Source: an uncultured Campylobacter sp. | GTDB lineage: Bacteria > Campylobacterota > Campylobacteria > Campylobacterales > Campylobacteraceae | Direction: 5' to 3' | Assembly (NCBI GenBank): GCA_963551055.1 | Contig: CAUVFI010000001.1 | Coordinates: 1-35,614, forward strand | Length of the DNA stretch: 35,614 nt | Position numbers and translations under genes: made by a program | The notes under the pieces: model-generated | What the model saw: the letters and a program-made list of their open reading frames with translations, nothing else | Database searches by the model: none | What the model was told of the DNA's origin: nothing | Shown here: piece after piece, positions 16,629-25,352 of the stretch | How positions within the stretch are numbered: the first letter of the stretch is position 1 | How the letters are laid out: each line of letters opens with the position of its first letter

Positions 16629-17486
16629 TCAGCTTACCAATCTCGTTGCATCTTGGATATTGATGTTTAGTCCAAGCTGTTCGTTACTTAGCCCAAGAGC
16701 AAGTCCTACCAGCTGAGATAGATGAATGATCGGCTTTCTTGCCTTGGAGTTCATCGCTTCTTGGTATCGCTCCTGATAGATATCTAGCTGCATCTGACAT
16801 AGCGGACAAGGCGTAACTACGACATCCGCTCCGTGCTCGGCAGCGTCATTTACGATCTCGCTTGACATCTTTTGAACCGATTTTACCGCTGGATAGCTAG
16901 CGTGAAAGCCGCAGCAATCAAGGCGTTTTTCAAAAGGCACGATCTGAGCACCAAGTGCGCTAACTACCGCTTCAAAGCTTTTCGGATTGGTAGAGCTTTC
17001 TTTTTTAAGCTCTCGCTCCGGTCTTAATGAGTGACAGCCGTAAAATAGAGCTACTTTTAAGTTTGTTAGCGGTCTCGTGACCTTAGCTTTTAGAGTGTCT
17101 AAGCTTTGATATAGCACCCAAAGCAGGCTTGTTATCTCGGTGCTTCCCTGATACTGCATACCGCCCTCTTTTAAAAAGGTATTGATATAGCTTTTGGCTC
17201 CCTTATCCAACGCAAGCTTTGCTTTGCTTAGAGTTAGCATACAGGTGGAGCAGGTAGTTAGCAGAGGCATATTCATACCCTCGGCTAGCGCGATGTTTCT
17301 GGCATTGGCTACTAAGCTTGCCATAGGATCGACGCATTGAGCTTGACTAGCTCCGCAGCAGCTCCAGCCTTTTATCTCATGAAGTTTAATACCCAGCACT
17401 GGAGCGATCGCTTCAAGTGAAATTTTAGATTCCTTTGCGGCTTGACTTAAAACGCAACCCGGGAAAAATGCAAATTCGTTATTCAT
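16629..17486 (-). CDS. mfrE: 8-methylmenaquinol:fumarate reductase membrane anchor subunit (CCG domain), MfrE/SdhE
   Basis: FFPGC, WSCCGA, TTCSTC, FYGCH, DCCG and TPCPLCQMQLD (two CCG domains). Third gene of the operon. Confidence 0.93.
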   Translation of the reverse strand: MNNEFAFFPGCVLSQAAKESKISLEAIAPVLGIKLHEIKGWSCCGASQAQCVDPMASLVANARNIALAEGMNMPLLTTCSTCMLTLSKAKLALDKGAKSYINTFLKEGGMQYQGSTEITSLLWVLYQSLDTLKAKVTRPLTNLKVALFYGCHSLRPERELKKESSTNPKSFEAVVSALGAQIVPFEKRLDCCGFHASYPAVKSVQKMSSEIVNDAAEHGADVVVTPCPLCQMQLDIYQERYQEAMNSKARKPIIHLSQLVGLALGLSNEQLGLNINIQDATRLVS

Positions 17487-17496
17487 CCTCTCCTCC

Positions 17497-18471
17497 TTAT
17501 TCTATCTCGCCACTAGCTTGAGCTTTGCGTGCGGCCTCTATCATCTTAACGAGCCCTGCATGTCCCTCGATCTCCTCACCGCCGAAGGCATGAAGAGGAT
17601 TCATCTTGCCGGCCATCATTAAATTTGCCGCTACGTCCATCTTGCCCATATTTGCAAATACGCCTTCGCTTCTTAAAGCGAGCTTGATCTCATTTAACCT
17701 TCCGCTTCCCTCTACGATGTCTAGCAGGAACGCCTCTGCGTGAGCTGGACCGCTTCCTGCGGTAAGTCCTTTTTTCATCGCTAAGGCGCGAAGTGCGGTG
17801 ATGTCGCTTTGAGCGCTTATGCCTTTAGGGCAGCGATCGGCGCACTCTTGGCAGTGCACGCATAGCCATAATCCGTTTAGCACCGCAGGCTTTAGATGAG
17901 GCATAGCGTCCCTGCTTCTTGAATCAAACGCGGCGCGGTTAGCATGCGTGAAAACAAAAGGCTGCATATAATCGCTCGCGTCAGCTTCTAGCTTATTGCA
18001 TTCGCTAGCGCAGCAGCCGCAAAGTATGCAATCCCACTGCTTTTTGACGCGCTCCATCTGCTCGGGGCTTTGCTTACAGCCCTTATCGGCGCCAAATTCT
18101 TTCTTAGGCGTAATGGTCGGTTTGATCTTTCTTAAATTCTCGATACTAGGCTCCCAGTCCACCACTAGATCCGAAATCACTCGGAAGTTATTTAGCGGCG
18201 AGATCGTAAAGCTATCAGGATTTTCATACTCCGCAAGCAGAGCCTCCATCTTGGTATCGCAGGCGAGATATGAGTGCCCGTTTACCCTCACGGCACAGGC
18301 TCCGCATATCGCCATACGACACGCTGCGGTAAAATTTAAAGTGATGTCTAAATTTTGCTTAATAAATTGCAAAACTCCAAGCAGGGTCTTTCCTTTGATC
18401 TGCTCCAAACTTAATTCGTAGGCTTGCTTATAATTTTTGCTTCCATCGAAGCGGTCTATGATAAATTTCAT
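17497..18471 (-). CDS. mfrB: 8-methylmenaquinol:fumarate reductase iron-sulfur subunit, MfrB/SdhB
   Basis: CRMAICGAC...LAC [2Fe-2S] motif, CILCGCCASEC and CVHCQECADRCP. ATGA overlap with mfrA. Confidence 0.95.
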   Translation of the reverse strand: MKFIIDRFDGSKNYKQAYELSLEQIKGKTLLGVLQFIKQNLDITLNFTAACRMAICGACAVRVNGHSYLACDTKMEALLAEYENPDSFTISPLNNFRVISDLVVDWEPSIENLRKIKPTITPKKEFGADKGCKQSPEQMERVKKQWDCILCGCCASECNKLEADASDYMQPFVFTHANRAAFDSRSRDAMPHLKPAVLNGLWLCVHCQECADRCPKGISAQSDITALRALAMKKGLTAGSGPAHAEAFLLDIVEGSGRLNEIKLALRSEGVFANMGKMDVAANLMMAGKMNPLHAFGGEEIEGHAGLVKMIEAARKAQASGEIE

Positions 18472-20348
18472 TGAGGTTTCCTTCCGTCAAGAGAGAATTC
18501 CGTAACGACGACCTCTTTGTAGCCCAAGCTTAGCTCGCCTGCGTCGTTCATCGTCACGATACTGTGCTTTAAGAAATTTTTATCGTCGCGCTTCGGATAG
18601 TCCTCTCTGGTATGCGCGCCGCGGCTTTCCAGCCTCTTTTGCGCAGCCAAACACGCACAACGCGCAAGCAGGATTAAATTTCCAAGCTCGACGTAGTCGG
18701 TAAATGCGGTATTCATAACCGGATTTGCATCCGCGACATGCAGCTCGTCGTAGCGCGCTCTGATACCCTCTAAATTTTGCGAAAGCAGATCAAGCTTTTC
18801 GCCGGTTCTAAAGATACCCATATTATCCCAAAGCTGCGCGCCTAGCTCTTCGCGCAACTCATACATCTCATTTGCCTTGCCCGAGCCGTTTGCGATCTGC
18901 TTAAATTTAGCCTGCCATTTTTGCGCGAGCTCGCTCGCTCTTTTACCCGAGCCGAATCCCTCCTGCTTCGCGGCATAATCCGCTGCGCCGAGTCCTGCGA
19001 GCTTGCCCGTTACGACGGCGTCGGTCAAAGAATTTCCGCCCAAGCGATTCGCACCGTGGATCGAGATACAAGACGCTTCGCCCGCGGTGTAAAGCCCCGA
19101 AATTTTAGTACTCATATCGTCAAATTTAGACACTTCGATGCCGCCCATCGAGTAGTGTGCGGTCGGACGAATCGGAATCGGCTGTTCAATAAGATCGATA
19201 CCCTCAAACAAAATGGCGGTGTGTCTGATCTTAGGAAGGGCTTTTAAAATTTTATCTTTTCCAAGATGCCTTACGTCAAGCAGCACGTATGCGCCGAGCC
19301 CCTCGCCGTAGCCCCTACCCTCGCGAATCTCGGTTTCGATCGCGCGAGCTACGACGTCGCGCGGCGCAAGCTCCATCTTTTCGTGGTAGTTTTTCATAAA
19401 GCGCTCGCCTTTGTTGTTGAGCAGATATCCGCCCTCGCCTCGCGCAGCTTCGGTGATGAGCGCGCCGCCGCTTTTGATGCCTGTAGGGTGGAACTGCACC
19501 ATCTCCGGATCGCTAAAACCTAACCCTGCGCGCAGTGCCGCCGCGATACCGTCGCCGGTAGCGATATAAGGCACCGAGGTGCGGTTGTAAAACATCCTCG
19601 TATATCCACCCGTTGCGATTACCAAGGCTTTGCAAAGCACCGGATAAAAATCGCCGGTTTGGATATTTCGAAGCACGACGCCCTCGCATTTGCCCTCAGG
19701 CGCGCTGATCTCAAGCAACTCGTGATCGATTAGAAATTTCACGCCGTTGCTGACCGCATCGTCAAAACAGGCGTGCATCAAGATATGACCCGTCTTATCG
19801 GCGGAGTAGTTGCATCGCTTTTTAGACGCGCCGCCCATGAAGCGCTGCGCTACGCCGCCCGGGACGCCGCTTTCTTTACCGTCCACGCCGCCGCTAGCAT
19901 TTCTGGAAAACAGCGTGCCGATGTAATCCATCTCGGCAATCGTAGGGCCCGCAAGCTCGCAAAATTTAATCGCGGCGTCCTGATCTACGAGATATGCGCC
20001 GCCCTTTACGGTGTCGTAGGCGTGAAGCTTGTATGAATCGCCGCCACTGAAACTCGTAACGCCGTTGATACCGCCTTCTGCCATACAGGTGGCGTTGCGC
20101 GAAGGCATCATCTTCGTAGCTACGACGACGCTGAGATTTGGATTACTCTTTCTTACCGCTACGGCTGCACGCAAACCCGCGCCTCCCGAGCCGATAACGA
20201 GTACGTCCACACTAGGAAGGCCGCCTTCGTTGCCGCCGTCTGCGCTTTTACTTTTGTCGGTATCCACGCAGCCGCTAAGGCTAAGCGCGCCGACGCTGAT
20301 ACAGGCCGATTTCAAAAAATCGCGTCTGTTGAAATTTGATTCGCTCAT
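18468..20348 (-). CDS. mfrA: Periplasmic 8-methylmenaquinol:fumarate reductase flavoprotein, MfrA/SdhA
   Basis: Tat motif NRRDFLK, IGSGGAG FAD site, QFHPT, LITEAARGEGG, ELAPRDVV, TAHYSMGG, HGANRLGGN, ESRGAH. Start at 20348 after GGAGAGG (20360 is an alternative). Confidence 0.95.
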   Translation of the reverse strand: MSESNFNRRDFLKSACISVGALSLSGCVDTDKSKSADGGNEGGLPSVDVLVIGSGGAGLRAAVAVRKSNPNLSVVVATKMMPSRNATCMAEGGINGVTSFSGGDSYKLHAYDTVKGGAYLVDQDAAIKFCELAGPTIAEMDYIGTLFSRNASGGVDGKESGVPGGVAQRFMGGASKKRCNYSADKTGHILMHACFDDAVSNGVKFLIDHELLEISAPEGKCEGVVLRNIQTGDFYPVLCKALVIATGGYTRMFYNRTSVPYIATGDGIAAALRAGLGFSDPEMVQFHPTGIKSGGALITEAARGEGGYLLNNKGERFMKNYHEKMELAPRDVVARAIETEIREGRGYGEGLGAYVLLDVRHLGKDKILKALPKIRHTAILFEGIDLIEQPIPIRPTAHYSMGGIEVSKFDDMSTKISGLYTAGEASCISIHGANRLGGNSLTDAVVTGKLAGLGAADYAAKQEGFGSGKRASELAQKWQAKFKQIANGSGKANEMYELREELGAQLWDNMGIFRTGEKLDLLSQNLEGIRARYDELHVADANPVMNTAFTDYVELGNLILLARCACLAAQKRLESRGAHTREDYPKRDDKNFLKHSIVTMNDAGELSLGYKEVVVTEFSLDGRKPQ

Positions 20349-20406
20349 TTTCCTCTCCATTTGAGAAATTCTTAGCTTAAGTTTAAAGTTCTAAACTAAA
20401 AGCGTA

Positions 20407-20435
20407 ATTTTAGTTTCATTTTTAACATAAGTCAA
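20407..20435 (-). promoter_or_regulatory. Sigma-70 promoter of mfrABE: TTGACT-N17-TAAAAT
   Basis: -35 at 20435-20430, -10 at 20412-20407, exact 17-nt spacer. Confidence 0.7.
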
Positions 20436-20457
20436 ATATTATTTAGTGTATCATTTC

Positions 20458-20473
20458 ATAAGAATTAAATTAT
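20458..20473. promoter_or_regulatory. Dyad ATAA-N8-TTAT, candidate LysR-type site
   Basis: Centred about 65 nt upstream of the predicted mfrA transcription start and just before the lysR RBS. The spacer is one base longer than canonical T-N11-A. Confidence 0.35.
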
Positions 20474-20489
20474 CAATTGGAGAGGCTAA

Positions 20490-21395
20490 ATGAATTTGCA
20501 TCGCATGGAGCTAGTATTAAAAGTAGCAGAATTCCGTAGCTTTACTAAGGCTGCCGAGGCACTTAAAATCCCGCAGCCATCGCTATCACAGAGCATTTTA
20601 TCACTGGAACGTGAGATTGGAGCGCAGCTTTTTAACCGCACGAGTAATCCCATTTCGCTTACGCACGCGGGAAAAATTTATGCTAGTAAAGCCAAAGTCA
20701 TTTTTGATGCCATAAACGACCTAAAAAACGATATCTCTGAAATAAGCGGCGTAAAAAATGATAAAATTCGCATCGGTTTTTCGCAAAACGGTTATAATCT
20801 ACTGCCGTCGCTACTGCCGATGTTTTGCAAGAAATTTAAGGATTCGGATCTACAAATCACGCAGTTTTCTTCTGCGCTTAGCATTCGCGAAATGCTACTT
20901 CAAGGTGATCTTGATGTCGGTATGCTGATACTGCCCATCGATATGAGCGGGCTTGACGGGGTTAAAATTCTAACGCAAAAAACCTATGTCGCTCTAAGCT
21001 CTACCCATCCGCTCTCGCTTGAGTTTAAAAACGAATCTGTTCCCAAAATTGACATTTCGCGCTTAAAAGAGGAAAGATTCATCCTGCCTAATCAAAGCCT
21101 AAGAAGCGCCGAGCAGATAGATGCATTTTTTGCCGCCGCAGGCTTTGCGCCGAAAGTGCTGTGCCGCACAGAGACTTTCGACATCGCCAATGCCATCGTC
21201 GCAAGCGGCGCAGGAGCGTGCTTTAGCATACCGCAGATGATAAAAGAGGATAAAGCAGGCAGGATAAAGCTCTTTGACGTAGGCGCGCGCGAGCTCGATA
21301 ATACGCTAATAATCACTTACAAAAAAGGCAAACGTCTAAACCATCTAGCGCAGGCGTTTATCAAAACTGCACGTAAAATTTCTAATGAAATTTAA
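20490..21395 (+). CDS. LysR family transcriptional regulator, divergent from mfrABE
   Basis: N-terminal HTH SFTKAAEALKIPQPSLSQSILSLEREIGAQLFNR plus substrate-binding domain, 301 aa. GGAGAGG RBS. Confidence 0.97.
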   Translation: MNLHRMELVLKVAEFRSFTKAAEALKIPQPSLSQSILSLEREIGAQLFNRTSNPISLTHAGKIYASKAKVIFDAINDLKNDISEISGVKNDKIRIGFSQNGYNLLPSLLPMFCKKFKDSDLQITQFSSALSIREMLLQGDLDVGMLILPIDMSGLDGVKILTQKTYVALSSTHPLSLEFKNESVPKIDISRLKEERFILPNQSLRSAEQIDAFFAAAGFAPKVLCRTETFDIANAIVASGAGACFSIPQMIKEDKAGRIKLFDVGARELDNTLIITYKKGKRLNHLAQAFIKTARKISNEI

Positions 21396-21588
21396 CGCAA
21401 CGATAAATGATAGATTGAGTTTTTGCAGCACTTTGTCTCTCTTTTAGCTTTTGCATAAAAATTTTTAGAGTAGATTTCGCTCAAGTTTAGGTAAAATTTC
21501 AAACTAAGCTTAAATTAGAATTTTGCCAATAGAATTTTTTATTGCTAAAATTTCACTCACAATTTACGACGAAATTTAGCGCAAAATT

Positions 21589-23205
21589 CTAATTTTTCAC
21601 TCCGCTTAAAATATCCAAATCCTTGTTATACACCTTGGTATCTACTTCAAAAATTCCAAGCAGCGTGTGAAAAAGATTATCGTGCGAAAAAGCGTCATCC
21701 TTATGCGATTTAAGTACGCTCAGATCGTATCTTTCGCGCATTTTTCCCTCACCTAGCCAAACAATCGCACCGATATGCTTTTGCGCCTCGGGAGCGAAAA
21801 GATAGGGCATGCCGTGCAGATAAACGCCGCCCTCGCCGAGGCTCTCGCCGTGATCGCTCATATAGATCATCGCCGTTTCGTGCGTCTTAGAATATGGTTT
21901 TAAAAATTCTACAACCTTGCTTAAAAAATAATCCGTGTATAAAATCGCGTTATCGTAGGCATTTGAAATTTCTTGCTGCGAGCAGTTTTCAAGCTCGTTA
22001 TCGCGGCAAACGGGGCTAAATTTTTCAAATTCTTTCTTATAGCGCTTAAAATACGCAGGCCCGTGATTGCCCATCTGATGCAGCACGATTAACACGTCTT
22101 TGCCCGCGTTTTCGGCGATAAATTTATCAAGCCCCGCAAGCATCCCCTCGTCCCTGCACTCTACGTCGCAGATCGGATTATTTTGCGGAATTTTAAAATC
22201 CTGATATTTTACGCGCAGCGCCACACCTTTGGAATCGGAATTGTTATCGCGCCACAAAATCGCCATGTCATCAGCGCGGCTTAGTACGTCCAATACGTTT
22301 TGCTCCTCCGCAGCCTTTTCTACGCTAAATTCCTCGCGATTTAGCAGCGAAAACATGCACGGTACGCTTTGCGCCGTCGAAGTGCCGCAAGAATGGGTAT
22401 TACTTAGGCTTACGACGCCCTGCTCTTTGGCTAGTAGCGGATTAGTATCTCGCTCGTAGCCGTTTAGCGAAAATCTATCCGCTCTCGCCGCTTCGCCCAC
22501 GACTACGACGACGAGCTTTTTTGAGCTTGTGAAATTTTCATCGATATGCGCGTCCGTAGCGATTTGCATCAGAGGCTGCGAGCCTTGCTTTTTGGATTTT
22601 GCGACAAATTTAACGCCGCTGTAGATCCAATATCCGGGATTTGCGTAGCTGCGTAAAATTTTATGCTCTCTGAAAAACGACGCGTAGTATTTGCTAAATC
22701 CAAAAAGCAGCGCCGCGATGATCACTATGCAAATGCCCGCTGCTTTGAGCTTAGCTAAAATTTCAAATTTAAGCGGACGGTAGCTAACGTGCGAGCGAGC
22801 AATCAGCACGCAGGGCAAGACGCCCAGCACCAGCACGTAAATCGCTAGTCTCGGGCTAAAAAGATCCGCTGACTCGGCAAAGTTCGTCTGGGCTGTGTTG
22901 CGGATCATCTCCGAATCGATTACGACGTTATAGCTATCCATAAAATACGCCGTAAACGACGAAATAAAAAAGCATATCATCAAAATCGGCTTGGTCGTAT
23001 AACGCGAGCTAAAAATTGTAAAAAATAGCGTCAAAAAAGCAATCAAAGCCGCCGCGTCGCAGACAAGATAGATAAAATTTAGTCCCGAGATTCCGTAGGC
23101 ATTTATGATATTTTTGAAAAACGAGAAGTTAAAAAACGCCACAAAAGCAAGCGAGCTTAGAAAAATAAGCTTCTGCTGCGACGGATTTTTAAAAATGCTA
23201 GGCAC
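21589..23205 (-). CDS. eptA: Phosphoethanolamine transferase (EptA/EptC family)
   Basis: Five N-terminal TM helices, VVGEAARAD, SCGTSTAQSVPCMFS (catalytic Thr), LHQMGNHGPAY, YDNAILYTD, YMSDHGESLGE, SHDNLFH. GTG start with AAGGA RBS. Confidence 0.96.
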   Translation of the reverse strand: MPSIFKNPSQQKLIFLSSLAFVAFFNFSFFKNIINAYGISGLNFIYLVCDAAALIAFLTLFFTIFSSRYTTKPILMICFFISSFTAYFMDSYNVVIDSEMIRNTAQTNFAESADLFSPRLAIYVLVLGVLPCVLIARSHVSYRPLKFEILAKLKAAGICIVIIAALLFGFSKYYASFFREHKILRSYANPGYWIYSGVKFVAKSKKQGSQPLMQIATDAHIDENFTSSKKLVVVVVGEAARADRFSLNGYERDTNPLLAKEQGVVSLSNTHSCGTSTAQSVPCMFSLLNREEFSVEKAAEEQNVLDVLSRADDMAILWRDNNSDSKGVALRVKYQDFKIPQNNPICDVECRDEGMLAGLDKFIAENAGKDVLIVLHQMGNHGPAYFKRYKKEFEKFSPVCRDNELENCSQQEISNAYDNAILYTDYFLSKVVEFLKPYSKTHETAMIYMSDHGESLGEGGVYLHGMPYLFAPEAQKHIGAIVWLGEGKMRERYDLSVLKSHKDDAFSHDNLFHTLLGIFEVDTKVYNKDLDILSGVKN

Positions 23206-23333
23206 GAAGCGTTCCTTGAGATAAAATTTCAGGTTGGAATTTTACGGCGTTTTGGTAAATGCTCGGAAATTCCGCGCTTCGTATCTCGCAAATCGCAGCA
23301 AAATTTTTGTGAAATTTTAAAATTCCGCGCGCA

Positions 23334-23365
23334 TTCATCTTAGCTTCATCTTGAAGTTTTAAAAT
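23334..23365 (+). promoter_or_regulatory. Direct repeat TTCATCTT-N3-TTCATCTT plus -10 TAAAAT upstream of the PepSY gene; candidate OmpR/PhoB-family box
   Basis: Repeats at 23334-23341 and 23345-23352 (11-bp period); TAAAAT at 23360-23365. Confidence 0.6.
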
Positions 23366-23411
23366 TGCGCCATCCAAAATAAATTTGGAAATAAAATCAA
23401 AAGGATTAAAG

Positions 23412-23915
23412 ATGAAAAATCTTAAAGCTTTAGGCGCGCTCGCCGCTACATGCGCCCTTGTAGGCGCATTAAACGCAGGAAACTTTAGCGAAAAAGATGC
23501 TAAAGTTTCATTCGATCAAGCGATAGGGATCGCACAGCAAAACTTTGGTGACGCGACTATAAAAAGCGTAGAAATCGACGATGAGCACGGAAGGCTCGTC
23601 TATGAGATAGAGTCGCATAAAGAAGGTAGCGAAAACGAGATCAAAATCGACGCTCAAAGCGGCGAAATTTTAAAGACTCAAACGCAAAAGAAGCTAAAGC
23701 CTAGTAAAATTGATTATTCGCAGGTCAAAATCAGTGCCACAGATGCTCGCGCCAAAGCACTTAGCGTAAACGCCGGCTGGGATTTTCGCGAGGTTGATTT
23801 AGAAAGTAACGGTGGTAAGCCCGCATACGAAGTGAAACTGCGCCAGGGCATGAGCAAAAAAGAGGTGCTAATAGACGCTGCTACGGGCGAGCAGATCTTG
23901 CAGCGTCAAAAATAA
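23412..23915 (+). CDS. Secreted protein with two PepSY domains
   Basis: Signal peptide MKNLKALGALAATCALVGALNA. Two repeats of the PepSY pattern (VSFDQAIGIA...VYEIE...IKIDAQSGEIL and ISATDARAKA...AYEVK...VLIDAATGE). AAGGA RBS before ATG 23412. Confidence 0.92.
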   Translation: MKNLKALGALAATCALVGALNAGNFSEKDAKVSFDQAIGIAQQNFGDATIKSVEIDDEHGRLVYEIESHKEGSENEIKIDAQSGEILKTQTQKKLKPSKIDYSQVKISATDARAKALSVNAGWDFREVDLESNGGKPAYEVKLRQGMSKKEVLIDAATGEQILQRQK

Positions 23916-23928
23916 GCAAAGGCGTGAG

Positions 23929-24558
23929 ATGAAAAATCAAAGTTTAAAGGGTGGAACAGATAGCTCCGCTCAAACTAGCGAGGCTTTGGACGCTAGGGAT
24001 TTTAGCATAAACGAAAACGCTGACTATGGCGCCCAAAATGCAGACGCAGCTAAAAATTTAGATGAAAATGCGCAGGATTTTTCGGCAAATTTAGTAAGCG
24101 AAACAAGCGAGCGTAATCTCGCGCCCTGCGAGCAAAATTCTAAAGATTTTTCCAGCGTGGAATGTTGCGAAAATCAAAAAATTTCTGCGGATGCGAAAGA
24201 TTATAAGGACGAGCGGAATTCTTCGCAGATGCAATGCTTATCAAGTACGCAAAATTTCGCTAGCGAGCAAAATTTCGCCGATACACAAAATTTTTCTGAT
24301 ACAAGTAATTTCGCAAGCGCGCGAGATTCTGCCAGCGCAGCAAGCTGCGCGGAGGTTTGTAATTCTTGCAAGCCAGTGCTTTGCAGCCACTGCAAACGCG
24401 AAATCGCTAAGCAAAATTTCAAGCTTGGCTGCGTAGGATTTGGGCTTTTTGCGCTAAATATCGCAGCAGGCGCACTAAATTTTTTAGGGCGGTTAGGAAG
24501 CGTAGCGGATAAAAAGGCAAGCGAGATTAGAGCTAGGCAAAAGGCGCCTGCGAATTAG
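23929..24558 (+). CDS. Hypothetical protein: low-complexity acidic N-terminus, Cys cluster, C-terminal hydrophobic helix
   Basis: 209-aa ORF 13 nt after the PepSY stop, AAGG RBS. Contains CAEVCNSC..CSHC and a GCVGFGLFALNIAAGALNFLG segment. Confidence 0.6.
   Translation: MKNQSLKGGTDSSAQTSEALDARDFSINENADYGAQNADAAKNLDENAQDFSANLVSETSERNLAPCEQNSKDFSSVECCENQKISADAKDYKDERNSSQMQCLSSTQNFASEQNFADTQNFSDTSNFASARDSASAASCAEVCNSCKPVLCSHCKREIAKQNFKLGCVGFGLFALNIAAGALNFLGRLGSVADKKASEIRARQKAPAN
24250..24321 (+). repeat. Four-copy degenerate 18-bp tandem repeat (QNFASE QNFADT QNFSDT SNFASA)
   Basis: caaaatttcgctagcgag / caaaatttcgccgataca / caaaatttttctgataca / agtaatttcgcaagcgcg. Confidence 0.85.
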
Positions 24559-24689
24559 CGCAGCTCCCAACGCTACTGAAATTTAGTGGTGCATAAAGCG
24601 AGCAGGTTTACACATCCAAGGCGCCGCAAAATTTATACGTTTTTGGCTAAAATGGCGGATTGGAATTAGCAAAATTTTAAAGGAGCGCT

Positions 24690-25352
24690 TTGAAAATTTT
24701 ACTTGTCGAGGATGAAAAAGATCTAAATCAAATCATCGCAAAATGTCTGAAAAAGGACGGCTACAGCGTAGATTGCGCCTTTTGCGGCAAGGAAGCACTA
24801 GAGTTTTTGGATGTCGCGAAATATGACGCTATCGTGCTTGATGCGATGATGCCCGTGATGGACGGCTTTGAATTTTTGAAGGCGGCGCGGGCACGCGGAC
24901 TGGGCACGCCGGTTTTATTTTTAACTGCGCGGGACGCCAAAGAAGATATCATCGCAGGGCTTGATCTGGGCGCAGACGATTATATGGTTAAGCCCTTTGA
25001 TTTTCGTGAGCTTTTGGCGCGGCTTCGCGCAATTATTAGGCGTAAAAACGCTACTGCGGATAACGAAATTATCATAAGGCAAGTGCGCCTAAATCTAAGT
25101 AAAAAATCAGTCGTCTGCGCGGGCAAGGTAGTGGAGCTAACGGGTAAGGAATATAGAATTTTAGAGCTTTTGATGCTAAATCACGGTGCGATTTTAAGCC
25201 GAGAACAAATCGGCGAAAGCATTTGGGATTTTAGCGACGAAACAAGCTCAAATGTTATCGATGTTTTAATCAAAAATATCCGCAAAAAGCTAGGCGAGCA
25301 CGGCGATATAATAGAAACGAAGCGAGGGCTTGGCTATGTCGTGGCAAAATAG
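24690..25352 (+). CDS. OmpR/PhoB family response regulator
   Basis: KILLVEDE, VLDAMMP (phosphoacceptor Asp), FLTARD, GADDYMVKPF, winged helix ending IETKRGLGY. TTG start after AAGGAG. Confidence 0.98.
   Translation: MKILLVEDEKDLNQIIAKCLKKDGYSVDCAFCGKEALEFLDVAKYDAIVLDAMMPVMDGFEFLKAARARGLGTPVLFLTARDAKEDIIAGLDLGADDYMVKPFDFRELLARLRAIIRRKNATADNEIIIRQVRLNLSKKSVVCAGKVVELTGKEYRILELLMLNHGAILSREQIGESIWDFSDETSSNVIDVLIKNIRKKLGEHGDIIETKRGLGYVVAK

Noticed and set aside
16629..17486. mfrE looks more AT-rich than its flanks (possible transfer)
   Set aside because: Visual impression only; needs computed GC and codon statistics.
20070..20110. MfrA lacks the covalent-FAD histidine (SRNATCMAEGG)
   Set aside because: Known property of the Mfr/SdhABE type, which binds FAD non-covalently; not novel.
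23250..23275. Weak direct repeat (ATTTCC/ATTTAC) upstream of eptA
   Set aside because: Short, imperfect and different from the TTCATCTT repeat; expected by chance here.
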